Of a DNA stretch of 61,622 nucleotides, positions 26,050-35,638 are shown piece after piece. This DNA is from an uncultured Bdellovibrionales bacterium (lineage in GTDB: Bacteria > Patescibacteriota > Minisyncoccia > Moranbacterales > UBA1568), in contig CAYVHS010000004.1 in assembly GCA_964451495.1 (NCBI GenBank), positions 1-61,622 on the forward strand. Reading direction: 5' to 3'. The notes under the pieces were generated by a model that had not been told where the DNA came from, made no database searches, and saw only the letters and a program-made list of their open reading frames with translations. Both the position numbers and the translations under genes were made by a program. Positions within the stretch are counted from its first letter, which is position 1. Each line of letters opens with the position of its first letter.

Positions 26050-27249
26050 CTATTTATACCTTAGGGCCTCGAGAGTATCGATCTGGCTGGCTTTGCGTGC
26101 CGGGAAGACACCAGTCATGAATCCGACGAAGGCACCGAAACCGATGACGGTCATGATGAACCAGAGCGGACTATAGAAGAGACTGACTGATTCGCCGCCG
26201 AAGCGAGTGGCGACAAGATTGACCATGAGGTTGAGTATTTGTCCTTCGATAATACCAAGGATGACACCGCCTAAGGCTCCGAGAAATCCCATAAGCGTTG
26301 ACTCCATGACGAACATGAGAGAAATGCTGCCTCGGGATGCGCCGATGGCTTTCATGATGCCGATTTCTTCGGTGCGTTCGAGGAGAGCGATAGTCATGGT
26401 ATTGAACATACCGATAGCAGAAACGATGAGAGCAATCATGCCGAAAACCATGAGCACGATTTGGACAGCGCCAAAAACTTTGTTGGCCTGATCGATGGTT
26501 TCAGAGATAGAAGAAGCAGAAAACCCTCGTCCCTCGAGCTCGCCGCGGACCTGGTTGAGTACGCCCGTAGAAGCACATTTTACTTTCAGCTTAGTATAAC
26601 TCGTGAGAGGGAATCCCGTGAGTGAATCAAGCGAGAGGTAAACGAGGTTTTCTTCACCCGAGGCCACCCCGACTATTGTATAGGTATCATTGGGGACAAA
26701 GGCAGCTGTTTGGGTGGATTGTCCTTGTTCTGATGCTGGGAAAAGGGAAAGTGAAACGGTTTGCCCAAGCATCTCTTCTGGCGCCATATTGAACACCTGA
26801 GCGACTGCGGTGGTGATGACGATGGATTGATTTTCATCTTTGGTGAAGAGTCGTCCCTGGGTGATTTTTAGCCCCTCGCTTTTAAGGAGCGTCGAAGTCG
26901 AACTGACCGTATTCACATCGAGCGTGATGTCGTTGAATTTTCCTTGTCCCGCGAGCTCGAGAACAGGAATAACATCGACCACTTCTTGGATTTCTTTGAT
27001 AGAGGAAATAGCTGAATCATCGAGGTTAGAGGGCTCGTCCTCGGTTTCTCCTAATGTGACGTCGAGAATGACGAGCGCATCAGAGGTAGTGATTTTTTGG
27101 AGTAGTGTGCGCTGGAGGCCATATCCGAAAGAAACGAGGAAAATAATCGCCGCGATACCAACAGACATACCGAGAATAGTCAAGAATGTTCGCATGGTGC
27201 GAGCCTTGAACATTCGAAGCGAAAGTTTGAGGAGATCGAAAAAACGCAT
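26050..27249 (-). CDS. ABC transporter permease, FtsX/MacB-type
   Basis: MKAIGASRGSISLMFVMESTLMGFLGALGG FtsX-type bundle. The ATG at 27249 lies 4 nt after the stop of the upstream ATPase. Confidence 0.88.
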   Translation of the reverse strand: MRFFDLLKLSLRMFKARTMRTFLTILGMSVGIAAIIFLVSFGYGLQRTLLQKITTSDALVILDVTLGETEDEPSNLDDSAISSIKEIQEVVDVIPVLELAGQGKFNDITLDVNTVSSTSTLLKSEGLKITQGRLFTKDENQSIVITTAVAQVFNMAPEEMLGQTVSLSLFPASEQGQSTQTAAFVPNDTYTIVGVASGEENLVYLSLDSLTGFPLTSYTKLKVKCASTGVLNQVRGELEGRGFSASSISETIDQANKVFGAVQIVLMVFGMIALIVSAIGMFNTMTIALLERTEEIGIMKAIGASRGSISLMFVMESTLMGFLGALGGVILGIIEGQILNLMVNLVATRFGGESVSLFYSPLWFIMTVIGFGAFVGFMTGVFPARKASQIDTLEALRYK

Positions 27250-27253
27250 AGGT

Positions 27254-28561
27254 TTAAGAGTATTTGAGAAGCATGATAACTTCGATTTCGCGGACCATTT
27301 TTTCTGCGGTGTTTTTGTGTAGGCCAACGCCGCCAGATGAGAGAGGCGTATCAAAGCGTCTCTGGAGCTCGATCTGACCAATTTGACTGTCGATACGGAA
27401 TTTCAGCGCTGCTTGGAGGCGGAGCTTTTGTTCATCGGAAACTTTCAGGTGAAAATGAGTAGTGAGATATTCTTCCATCGAGATCGCGCTCTGTTCTGGA
27501 AAATCTTTCATTTTTTGCACTTGTTCGAGGATATCGCGAGTGCGGCTAGCAAAAGAATGAGCACGCAATTTGTTCCATCCCGCGCCGCCCTCATTGAGGT
27601 CGAGATCGAGACGGTCCGCAAAAATATCGGTGTCGATATTTTTGAAGAGGAGTTCTTTCATGAAGGCCTCGGCCATACTGACCTGCTCCTCGTTTAATTC
27701 CGAGAGGAGATGAGCTAGTAATTGTTTGGCCTTGAATGGCACGAGGAGAACGTCGACCTGTTGTGGCAGGAGGCTCTTGAATGACGTCATGAGAATCTTG
27801 AGTTCAGTATTCTCTTCCGGCTTTACCCCGTCTATTTGTTTCACGAGTTCTGCGACAGGACGTTTTTCTTTACGGACCTCTTCTCTGATGATACGACCGT
27901 CTTTCATGTGGATGACGCGGTCAGCATAGATGAGGTGTTCTGGATTGTGCGTCACCATGACAATCGTCTTTTTATCCACTTCATTGAGCTCCTTTAAAAT
28001 TTTGAGCACGTTTTCGGCGCTTTCGCTATCGAGGTTTCCAACGGGTTCGTCAGCAAGGATGATTTCTGGATTATTGACGAGAGAGCGTGCGATAGCCACG
28101 CGCTGTTTTTGTCCGCCAGAGAGTTGGCTGGGGAATTTATCGGCTTGTTCGACGATACCGAAGCGTCGCAGGAGTTGGATGCCGGTTTGTTTGCGTTCTT
28201 GAGGATTCTCTCCACGGAAGACTTTTGGTAGACAGACATTGTCAAGGATATCGATTGAAGAGATGAGATAAAAGGCCTGGAAGACCATACCAATCTTGTT
28301 CTGATGAAGATCAAGCTCTTCTTTTCGGGTCATTGTGGCAATAGATGTGCCTTGGATCGAGACGTCGCCGTAGGTAGGGGATTGGAGCCCTGAGATAGAG
28401 TAAAGTAGCGTGGATTTTCCGCAGCCGGATGGACCGTAGATAATCACGTATTCGTGAGGATAGATGGAGAGATTGGTTTCTTCGAGGGCGCGCGTTTCAT
28501 TTGATTTCCCCTGGTTGTAGATGATGCGCAGCTTGTCGACGACGATGATCGGATCGTTCAT
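27254..28561 (-). CDS. ABC transporter ATP-binding protein with ~200-aa C-terminal extension of unknown function
   Basis: GPSGCGKSTL, LSGGQKQRVAIARSL, ILADEPVGNLD and VTHN lie within aa 1-225. Residues 226-435 are helical-looking with no recognised motif. Confidence 0.9.
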   Translation of the reverse strand: MNDPIIVVDKLRIIYNQGKSNETRALEETNLSIYPHEYVIIYGPSGCGKSTLLYSISGLQSPTYGDVSIQGTSIATMTRKEELDLHQNKIGMVFQAFYLISSIDILDNVCLPKVFRGENPQERKQTGIQLLRRFGIVEQADKFPSQLSGGQKQRVAIARSLVNNPEIILADEPVGNLDSESAENVLKILKELNEVDKKTIVMVTHNPEHLIYADRVIHMKDGRIIREEVRKEKRPVAELVKQIDGVKPEENTELKILMTSFKSLLPQQVDVLLVPFKAKQLLAHLLSELNEEQVSMAEAFMKELLFKNIDTDIFADRLDLDLNEGGAGWNKLRAHSFASRTRDILEQVQKMKDFPEQSAISMEEYLTTHFHLKVSDEQKLRLQAALKFRIDSQIGQIELQRRFDTPLSSGGVGLHKNTAEKMVREIEVIMLLKYS

Positions 28562-28640
28562 GATTTTGTTTCGATATACTGCTTTATCATACCATATTTT
28601 TGTTGCTTACGTGGATATTTCGCGCTAAGATAATGATGTT

Positions 28641-29084
28641 ATGGAAGAAAATCAAGAAATGAAAAAATATATCAGGGTAGTGGGGATTTTAGGAATCATC
28701 CAGGTAGTTTTGTTGACTTTGGTGTGGCTGTATTTCTATCGTCTCGGACAGGGCTATGCGGCTCAGAATATAGTAGAAGCTCCTTCTTTGGCGTCTGATA
28801 TATCAGACGCTGAGTATAACGGTATCGAAAAAAAGCAAATTTGCGTCCGAGGAGGATGTAGCGGACAGCTTTGTATTGATGAAGAGCAATCGGCAGAGAC
28901 TATGACAACGTGCGAGTATCGCGAGGAATACGTGTGCTATGATCAAGCGGTATGTGGGGTTCAGGGTGATGGGGAGTGCGGGTTTACTGAAACGCCTGAG
29001 TTGAAAGCATGTCTACAGAAGAGGGTAATAGCACCTGTTAAAAAAATAAACGCAGAGGTTTTCGCAAAACCTGAGCCCATGTGA
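28641..29084 (+). CDS. membrane-anchored exported protein with 8-Cys domain
   Basis: N-terminal TM (VVGILGIIQVVLLTLVWLYF). Then C.RGGCSGQLC...TCE....VCY...VC.....ECGF.......AC. Confidence 0.65.
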   Translation: MEENQEMKKYIRVVGILGIIQVVLLTLVWLYFYRLGQGYAAQNIVEAPSLASDISDAEYNGIEKKQICVRGGCSGQLCIDEEQSAETMTTCEYREEYVCYDQAVCGVQGDGECGFTETPELKACLQKRVIAPVKKINAEVFAKPEPM

Positions 29085-29086
29085 AT

Positions 29087-29794
29087 ATGAGTATTACGAA
29101 AGGCACTTTCTTAGGGAAAATTGATGTTTTTTTGTTCTGGTGTTTCTGGACGCATGATTTTTTGAGCGGATTGCTGGCAAAATATTTTGTGGGCATCAAA
29201 AAGATGATTCTCGTTGTTGCCTATGTGAGTCTTTTGGGTATTTTTTTCCCTGAATTTGGTCAAGATTACGGCAATGCTTCCATAACTGTTCTTTTTGTGA
29301 TTATTTTTTTGAGTCCCATTTCGAAGATTTTGCGTATGCGGGTCCTGCTCCAAATGATGGGACTTCGTCGTGAGTTGGGTATTTCGATGGGTTTTTTGGC
29401 TATTGTGCACGGGATGACGTATCTTGTACCGGCCTGGGGTACCGACCCATCTTTTTTTGCGGTTTATTTTTGGCTCGGTATCGTGGCTCTTTTTTTGACC
29501 TTGCCCCTTCTTCTTACATCAAATACATTTTCTGTGCGTTTGTTTGGTGGGAAAAAATGGAAGATGGTCCATTATCTTGTTTACCCGCTTTTTGTGGCAG
29601 CTGTCTTGCATGAGTCGCTTCGTTTCGGAGGAGCATGGTCGCTATCGAATACACGCGCTCTCCTGGATCTCGCCCAGGCTACAAGTATTATTTGCTTTTA
29701 CGGGTTACTCAAGGTGTTGGCGCGGAAGAATTTCTTTGCTCCTTTGGAAAGGATGATTGCTTATGTGGCTTCGCGGTATGTCGCATATAAATAA
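29087..29794 (+). CDS. ferric-reductase-like / MsrQ(YedZ)-like heme-binding membrane protein
   Basis: About 6 TM. Conserved His positions in LAIVHGMTYL and WKMVHYLVYPLFVAAVLHE. Overlaps the upstream stop (the GTG at 29081 is an alternative start). Confidence 0.65.
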   Translation: MSITKGTFLGKIDVFLFWCFWTHDFLSGLLAKYFVGIKKMILVVAYVSLLGIFFPEFGQDYGNASITVLFVIIFLSPISKILRMRVLLQMMGLRRELGISMGFLAIVHGMTYLVPAWGTDPSFFAVYFWLGIVALFLTLPLLLTSNTFSVRLFGGKKWKMVHYLVYPLFVAAVLHESLRFGGAWSLSNTRALLDLAQATSIICFYGLLKVLARKNFFAPLERMIAYVASRYVAYK

Positions 29795-29883
29795 TACTAG
29801 ATCCAAGCTTATAAATGGCTCATTGAGAGGATGGTCGGGATTTGGTATACTAGGGAAGTAAGTTTTTAATTATAGTTTGTCTT

Positions 29884-30789
29884 ATGACAGAGGAAACCAA
29901 CAAGGAGTGCTGCTCTGCCAAAGAGGGTCAGTGTTCTGAAACAGGCAAGTGTTGCTCTGAGAGTACAAAGGAATGTTGTTCAGTTCAGACTCAGGGGAAA
30001 TGTCCGAGTAAAGATGCTTTGGTCATAGCTGGAGCAGTTTTGCTCGGTAGTCTGATTGTGGCAGCGACAGTGTTTTTCGTGAATTCGAAGGCAACTACGG
30101 TAGCGCCGACCACTCAGGATGACAAGCAAGCCGAAGCAGCGGCTCAAGCAGGAAAGACTGAAGTGACTATGGACCAAGTCAAAGGACTCTTCACTGATAA
30201 GAACATCACTTTTGGCAAGAAGGATAGCAAGGTCTTATTCGTCGAGTTTAGTGATCCGAGTTGTCCGTATTGCAATATAGCAGCTGGTAAGAATCCAAAT
30301 CTCAATAAACAAGCTGGCGCACAGTTTACGATGGCCAAAGATGGCGGATCATATATCCCACCAGTACCAGAAATGAAGAAGCTAGTAGACGCTGGTAAGG
30401 CCGGGTATGTCTGGATGTATGCTAATGGGCATGGGAATGGTGAATTGGCGACAGAGGCCTTGTATTGTGCTCATGAAAAAGGGAAGTTTTGGGCTGTTCA
30501 TGATCTCCTCATGACCGAGGCAGGGTACAATCTTCTCAACAACACCATCAAAGCTGACAAGACAAAAACTACTGAGATGGCGGATTTTCTGAAGAGTGTG
30601 ATGAGTGTGGGTGATATGCAGTCGTGTCTCGAGAGTGGCAAATATGAGAGTCGTTTGACCGAAGATATGGCGGTAGCCAAGCAATTTGGTTTTGCTGGAA
30701 CTCCGAGCTTCTTCGCCAATACGAAGAATTTTGCCGGAGCCTACAGCTTCAAAGATATCCAACCGACAGTCGATCAGTACTTGAAGTAA
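29884..30789 (+). CDS. DsbA/thioredoxin-fold thiol:disulfide oxidoreductase with Cys-rich cytoplasmic N-terminal tail
   Basis: CxxC active site FSDPSCPYCN. TM VIAGAVLLGSLIVAATVFFV. Eight Cys in the first 40 aa (KECC..C..GKCC..KECC..GKC). Confidence 0.85.
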   Translation: MTEETNKECCSAKEGQCSETGKCCSESTKECCSVQTQGKCPSKDALVIAGAVLLGSLIVAATVFFVNSKATTVAPTTQDDKQAEAAAQAGKTEVTMDQVKGLFTDKNITFGKKDSKVLFVEFSDPSCPYCNIAAGKNPNLNKQAGAQFTMAKDGGSYIPPVPEMKKLVDAGKAGYVWMYANGHGNGELATEALYCAHEKGKFWAVHDLLMTEAGYNLLNNTIKADKTKTTEMADFLKSVMSVGDMQSCLESGKYESRLTEDMAVAKQFGFAGTPSFFANTKNFAGAYSFKDIQPTVDQYLK

Positions 30790-30865
30790 ACGTCGATTAT
30801 TACCAAGCGAAGGCGGGTTGTTGTTTCTGATCCAGGGTTTATCCTGGGGCGAACACTCGTTATTA

Positions 30866-30902
30866 TAAAAAGGCTTTTGCGTTAAGCAGGAGCCTTTTTT
30901 GT
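30866..30902 (+). terminator. rho-independent terminator
   Basis: AAAAAGGCTtttgcgttaagcaggAGCCTTTTTtg. Confidence 0.7.
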
Positions 30903-30961
30903 TATTATCAAGCAGAGCAAGTGCTGGTAAAATCAGGTACATACCAGCTATACTAAAGAGT

Positions 30962-32515
30962 ATGAAAAATGGAATCTCACAGGCATTACGAAAGTGGCGC
31001 GATCAGCAGGCGCGTACTGAGGGAGTGGAAACATTTCGTGTTTTTCCGAACGCCGTTTTGGATGCGCTTGCCGGAACGCTGCCCCAGAATAAAGAAGAAA
31101 TGCTCTCTATCAAGGGTATCAAGGATGCAAAATATGGGAAGTATGGGGCGGCGCTAATCAAAATCATTGCTGAGTATGTCCCGGAAAACACAGGGAGGAA
31201 AAAGATTCCCGTAGCTGAAGATGTTGATTTTTTCGCATATTACCAAGAAGAGGCGGCCCTCCCCGCACCAGTGCCCGATGAACCTCTTTCGGTGAGTCAG
31301 TTTCTCGATGGACTCAACATCGAACTTTCGGGTATGGCTGCGCGTATCAAAGGCGAAGTGACGAGTGTGAGCGAGCGTGAACGTTGGATCTATTTTTCTA
31401 TCAAAGACAAGAGCGAGAGCATGGTAAGCGCTCTCATTTCACGACATCATTATGAAATCTCCGGAGTAAAAATCGCCGAGGGTGATGAGATTATTGTGGA
31501 GGGGTGTCCTGAAGTCTACAAACCCTCTGGTCGGCTCAGTCTCAAAGTACATGTCATCGAACTTTTTGGTGAGGGAGCACTGAAAAAAGCGTATGATGCA
31601 CTCAAAGAGAAACTGGCTGGCGCAGGTCTGTTTGCTCCCGAGCGGAAGAGAGAACTGCCTCTGTATCCGAATCATATCGCACTTATTACCTCTAAAGACG
31701 GAGCCGCTATCGATGATTTTCGGATGAATTTAGGGGCGCAGGGATACCAGATTGATTTTTATCCAACGAGCGTTGAGGGCAAGCGGGCGGTATTTGAGAT
31801 CATAGAAGCGATACGCTTTTTCAATCGCACACCGGAACATTACGATATTCTCGTCATCGTGCGTGGCGGCGGGTCGCTCGAGAGTCTCCAGGCATTCAAT
31901 AACGAGACGCTGACACGAGAGGTGGCCGCTTCGAGAATCCCGACGCTACTTGGTATCGGACACGAGAAGGATGTGACACTCGCCGCTCTGGTGGCGGATA
32001 TGATGGTTTCGACCCCGACGGCTACGGCCAAACATTTACGGTTACCTTGGGATGAGGCGAGGCAGCTCATATCACATTTCGAGCGTGAATTGCCAGCCTT
32101 GTTTCGTGAACGCTTAGCTGATGTGAGAAACAGGATTGCTCTCGATGGAGAGGTGATGCTCGCTCATTTGCGGAACTTTCGTGAACTTGTCGCTACGCTG
32201 TGGCATGAGCTTGCTCAAAGACTGATGCTGGTACAGGCAGAAATGAGGCGGCAAAGCGATGCTTTGCATCATGGAGAACAAGCCTTGAATCAGGGATTTA
32301 TGGCTTTATTTGATCGAGTAAAGAGTCTGCTTGATCATGCGAATGAACGTTTGTCGCAGTATGATCCGAAACGGGTACTCCAATTGGGTTATAGTTTGGT
32401 ACAAAAGAATGCTTCCATCATAAAGAGTATTACTCAGGTGGCCGTTGGTGATATACTGGATGTACAGGTAGGCGATGGGAAGATCCAGACGAAAGTGGAA
32501 AAAATAGTAAAGTAA
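30962..32515 (+). CDS. xseA: exodeoxyribonuclease VII large subunit with N-terminal HRDC-like domain
   Basis: XseA blocks: VSQFLDGLN...IKGEVTSV (OB fold), IALITSKDGAAIDDF, VRGGGSLESLQAFNNE. N-terminal ~75 aa: LRKWRDQQARTEGVETFRVFPNAVLDALA..P.NKEEMLSIKGIKDAKYGKYGAALIKII (HRDC pattern). Confidence 0.88.
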   Translation: MKNGISQALRKWRDQQARTEGVETFRVFPNAVLDALAGTLPQNKEEMLSIKGIKDAKYGKYGAALIKIIAEYVPENTGRKKIPVAEDVDFFAYYQEEAALPAPVPDEPLSVSQFLDGLNIELSGMAARIKGEVTSVSERERWIYFSIKDKSESMVSALISRHHYEISGVKIAEGDEIIVEGCPEVYKPSGRLSLKVHVIELFGEGALKKAYDALKEKLAGAGLFAPERKRELPLYPNHIALITSKDGAAIDDFRMNLGAQGYQIDFYPTSVEGKRAVFEIIEAIRFFNRTPEHYDILVIVRGGGSLESLQAFNNETLTREVAASRIPTLLGIGHEKDVTLAALVADMMVSTPTATAKHLRLPWDEARQLISHFERELPALFRERLADVRNRIALDGEVMLAHLRNFRELVATLWHELAQRLMLVQAEMRRQSDALHHGEQALNQGFMALFDRVKSLLDHANERLSQYDPKRVLQLGYSLVQKNASIIKSITQVAVGDILDVQVGDGKIQTKVEKIVK

Positions 32516-32526
32516 TAATTCATTCT

Positions 32527-32787
32527 ATGAAATCCAGCTTTGTGATGACTCGTCATGAGCAATTTCATGAAGTAAGTAACCGTATGGTCAAAACGAATCT
32601 CGGAGAGTCTCTGAAGAAGGTGCAAAATATTATCGGCTGGTTCGATAATCAGGAAGAGGTAGATGTAGAGAAGGGGCTAGAGAAAATCAAAGAGGGTACG
32701 GAGCTGATTAAGGCGAGCCGGATTCGTCTCAAGGAAATTGAAAATGAGTTTCGAGAAGTTGAGAAGGGTTTAAAAGATGATAAATAG
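32527..32787 (+). CDS. xseB: exodeoxyribonuclease VII small subunit
   Basis: Helical hairpin LKKVQNIIGWFD...LEKGLEKIKEGTELIKASRIRLKEIENEF directly after xseA. The true start may be the internal ATG at 32584. Confidence 0.75.
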   Translation: MKSSFVMTRHEQFHEVSNRMVKTNLGESLKKVQNIIGWFDNQEEVDVEKGLEKIKEGTELIKASRIRLKEIENEFREVEKGLKDDK

Positions 32788-32798
32788 GAAAAGAGAGT

Positions 32799-33851
32799 AT
32801 GAACCATGAACAAATCTTACAAGATTCGGGTGGATATCAGTTTGAGCCGGTCTCTGAAATACCACTAGCCGCTAATGATAGAGAGGAACAACATCTATCA
32901 AAACAAGAGCAAATACAGGTGAGGGTGGAAACAGAAAAGCGTGAGGCGAAAGAGCGCTTCAAGGATATGATTGATATGGTTTCTAGGCGGTATCGTGAAC
33001 AAGGAAGTCTTTCGGAGAAGATGCTCGAAGAGTTCATCGCACATAATACTGAGGTACTCGAGAGTGCAATTGAATACGGTATACTCAAGGGTTTCTCTCC
33101 GGAGCAATTGAAAAAATTGGAAATCGCAGCGGTGCTCCATGATATGACCAAAGCCGATGCGGTTCCGGAACATCTTAAGAATGTCCCTAATTATATATTG
33201 GCGTGCCACGGCGAAGCAGCGGCAGAAGAATCGTTTGCAGTTCTGACGGATGAATTCCTCGCCTCGAAAGGATTTCAAGGAGATTTCGAAGCAGTACGGC
33301 AAGAGATAAGCCGCGCGATCAGAGAGCATATGGGACCTCACCCAGGATTTATGGATGGTATTTTGGCCAAAGCGAACGAAAAATTGCGTGAGCAGGGTGA
33401 AGCAGAAATACGACACCCTAAAGCAGAGGGAGCGATATCAGAGGCGCTGCTTACGGTCGATATGCGGTCACTCGCTGGTGAAAAGGGGCGAAAGAAAGTA
33501 CTGGCCATACGAGCAGCAGTCCCTGTGTTTAAAGTGATTGATCAAAAAACAGTTGAGGAATACGCGGCGTTGGGCGTGGACCTTTCTATGGGTGAGGCAG
33601 CTCTTCTTTCGGGATTTCAGAGTGCGTTTGAGGCTCAAGCGATGCTCGCAGATCCGGAGGGTAAAGCGTGGCTTGGTCAGGAAATTGAATCCTCGAAAAA
33701 TAGAGAGTATCATTATGGTTCGAGTGTGAATGAAGTAGTGGTCAGGTGGGCTCAGGCCGAGAATAAAAGACAGCGTTATGAAGATCTGAAACGCGCTTCT
33801 GTCGTACAAACCGAACTCGCTGGAGGGGAAACATATCGCGAAGCAGCTTGA
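32799..33851 (+). CDS. HD-domain protein (putative metal-dependent phosphohydrolase)
   Basis: AAVLHDMTKAD (HD dyad). Additional His at ACHGEAAAE and REHMGPHPGF. Confidence 0.65.
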   Translation: MNHEQILQDSGGYQFEPVSEIPLAANDREEQHLSKQEQIQVRVETEKREAKERFKDMIDMVSRRYREQGSLSEKMLEEFIAHNTEVLESAIEYGILKGFSPEQLKKLEIAAVLHDMTKADAVPEHLKNVPNYILACHGEAAAEESFAVLTDEFLASKGFQGDFEAVRQEISRAIREHMGPHPGFMDGILAKANEKLREQGEAEIRHPKAEGAISEALLTVDMRSLAGEKGRKKVLAIRAAVPVFKVIDQKTVEEYAALGVDLSMGEAALLSGFQSAFEAQAMLADPEGKAWLGQEIESSKNREYHYGSSVNEVVVRWAQAENKRQRYEDLKRASVVQTELAGGETYREAA

Positions 33852-33864
33852 TAGATAGATAGAG

Positions 33865-33892
33865 AAGTCCGGATATGTATCCGGACTTTTTG
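33865..33892 (+). terminator. rho-independent terminator
   Basis: AAGTCCGGAtatgtaTCCGGACTTtttg. Confidence 0.8.
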
Positions 33893-33934
33893 ATGTGTTA
33901 TACTTTAATCGAAACAAAAAAGAATAATTATACA

Positions 33935-35638
33935 ATGAAACATTTTTCAGGAGATATTTCTTTGGTACTTGGTGGTGCGGCTGGCCAAGGAATCCAGACA
34001 GTCGAAGTGCTACTCATGCAAGTATTGAAGCGCGAAGGATATAATGTATTCGCGAGCAAAGAATACATGTCTCGTGTGCGCGGCGGAAGCAATTCGACTG
34101 AGATTCGTATATCCAGTCAGAAACAAGATGCTTTTTTGGAGCGTATCGATTTTTTGTTCGTTTTGGACAAGGAAGTGATTCCACATCTTGAACATCGGAT
34201 TTCTCCAGATACTATTCTCTTGGGTGAGAGGAGTAAGGTGTGTGAGACAGAGTGTCGTGTCATCGATGTATCGTTCACACGTTTTGCTAGCGAACTTGGT
34301 CATCCTCTCTATACCAGTACGGTGGCTGTGGGAATCGCTCTTGGGCTTCTCGGCGCGGATGAAGAAATTTTTAAAGAGTATTTACGGGAACATTTTGCTC
34401 GTAAAGGTGAAGAAGTCGTAAAGAAAAATATTGAGGCTGCGGGCAAGGGATATGCGTTTGGCAAGCATCTTGCCTATGATGAGAGTATCGAAATCTCTCT
34501 TGAAAGAGATGAATCTTTGGAACAGACGCTGCTTCTTGATGGTCATGAAGCGGTTGGTCTAGGGGCTCTTTCGGGTGGGTGTAATTATATATCCTCGTAT
34601 CCGATGACTCCAGGTTCGGGAGTATTGGAATTTTTTGCCAAGCACGCAAAAACTTTGGGTGTCGTAGTAGATCAGGCCGAAGACGAAGTTTCTGCTATCA
34701 ATCATGGTATTGGGGCTTGGTACGCTGGTGCGCGTGCCATCGTCTCGACATCAGGAGGGGGGTTTGATCTCATGACAGAGGGCGTGAGTCTGGCTGGAAT
34801 GATCGAGACGCCGATGGTTATCCATATGGGGCAGCGTCCTGGTCCATCGACGGGTCTTCCTACGCGGACAGAACAAGCAGATTTGAATCTCGTGCTGTAC
34901 GCTGGACATGGCGAATTCCCACGGGCTATTTTTGCACCTGGGACACTAGAAGAAGCGTTCATAGCTTCTCGCCAAGCATTTTTTATTGCTGACAAATATC
35001 AGGTCCCGACATTTATTCTGACAGATCAGTATTTCTTGGACTGCATCGCGACGGTACCGGAAGAAATATTCCAGTCAAAGCCACTCGAGAATATCGTCGT
35101 CGAGACAGATAAAGAATACAAACGATACGCACTTTCTGAAAACGGTGTGTCGCCCCGTGGCATACCAGGGTATGGTACGGGATGTGTCGGTGTTGATAGT
35201 GATGAACACGATGAATCAGCGCATATTACCGAGAGCGCGGCTGTACGCGTCGCTCAGCATAGTAAGCGTATGAAGAAACTTGATGGTATCCGCGAAGAAT
35301 CATTCTCTCCGGTAGAAATGGGCGATGTGAAACATGCAGATACAATCATTGTTTCTTGGGGATCGAGTCGTGGTGTACTAGAAGAGGCTCTCCGGAAAAT
35401 GAATCGGGAAGATGTGGCTGGGCTCCACTTCCTGCAAGTTTATCCGCTCCCGGATGCAGCAAAAAAATTGCTCTCTCGGAAGAAGATCATCGTGCTTGAG
35501 GGAAATTTCTCTGGTCAATTCGCCAATCTGCTCACTCTGGAATATAAAGTAAAAATTTCCGGGAATATACTCAAGTATGATGGGAATCCGTTTTCTGTCG
35601 AAGAAGTGGTCGCAGAGATACAAAAGCAAATTCTATGA
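33935..35638 (+). CDS. 2-oxoacid:ferredoxin oxidoreductase, fused gamma-alpha subunit
   Basis: Gamma-type N-terminus LVLGGAAGQGIQT. Alpha block GHEAVGLGALSGGCNYISSYPMTPGS. ATG at 33935 is downstream of the terminator. Confidence 0.88.
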   Translation: MKHFSGDISLVLGGAAGQGIQTVEVLLMQVLKREGYNVFASKEYMSRVRGGSNSTEIRISSQKQDAFLERIDFLFVLDKEVIPHLEHRISPDTILLGERSKVCETECRVIDVSFTRFASELGHPLYTSTVAVGIALGLLGADEEIFKEYLREHFARKGEEVVKKNIEAAGKGYAFGKHLAYDESIEISLERDESLEQTLLLDGHEAVGLGALSGGCNYISSYPMTPGSGVLEFFAKHAKTLGVVVDQAEDEVSAINHGIGAWYAGARAIVSTSGGGFDLMTEGVSLAGMIETPMVIHMGQRPGPSTGLPTRTEQADLNLVLYAGHGEFPRAIFAPGTLEEAFIASRQAFFIADKYQVPTFILTDQYFLDCIATVPEEIFQSKPLENIVVETDKEYKRYALSENGVSPRGIPGYGTGCVGVDSDEHDESAHITESAAVRVAQHSKRMKKLDGIREESFSPVEMGDVKHADTIIVSWGSSRGVLEEALRKMNREDVAGLHFLQVYPLPDAAKKLLSRKKIIVLEGNFSGQFANLLTLEYKVKISGNILKYDGNPFSVEEVVAEIQKQIL

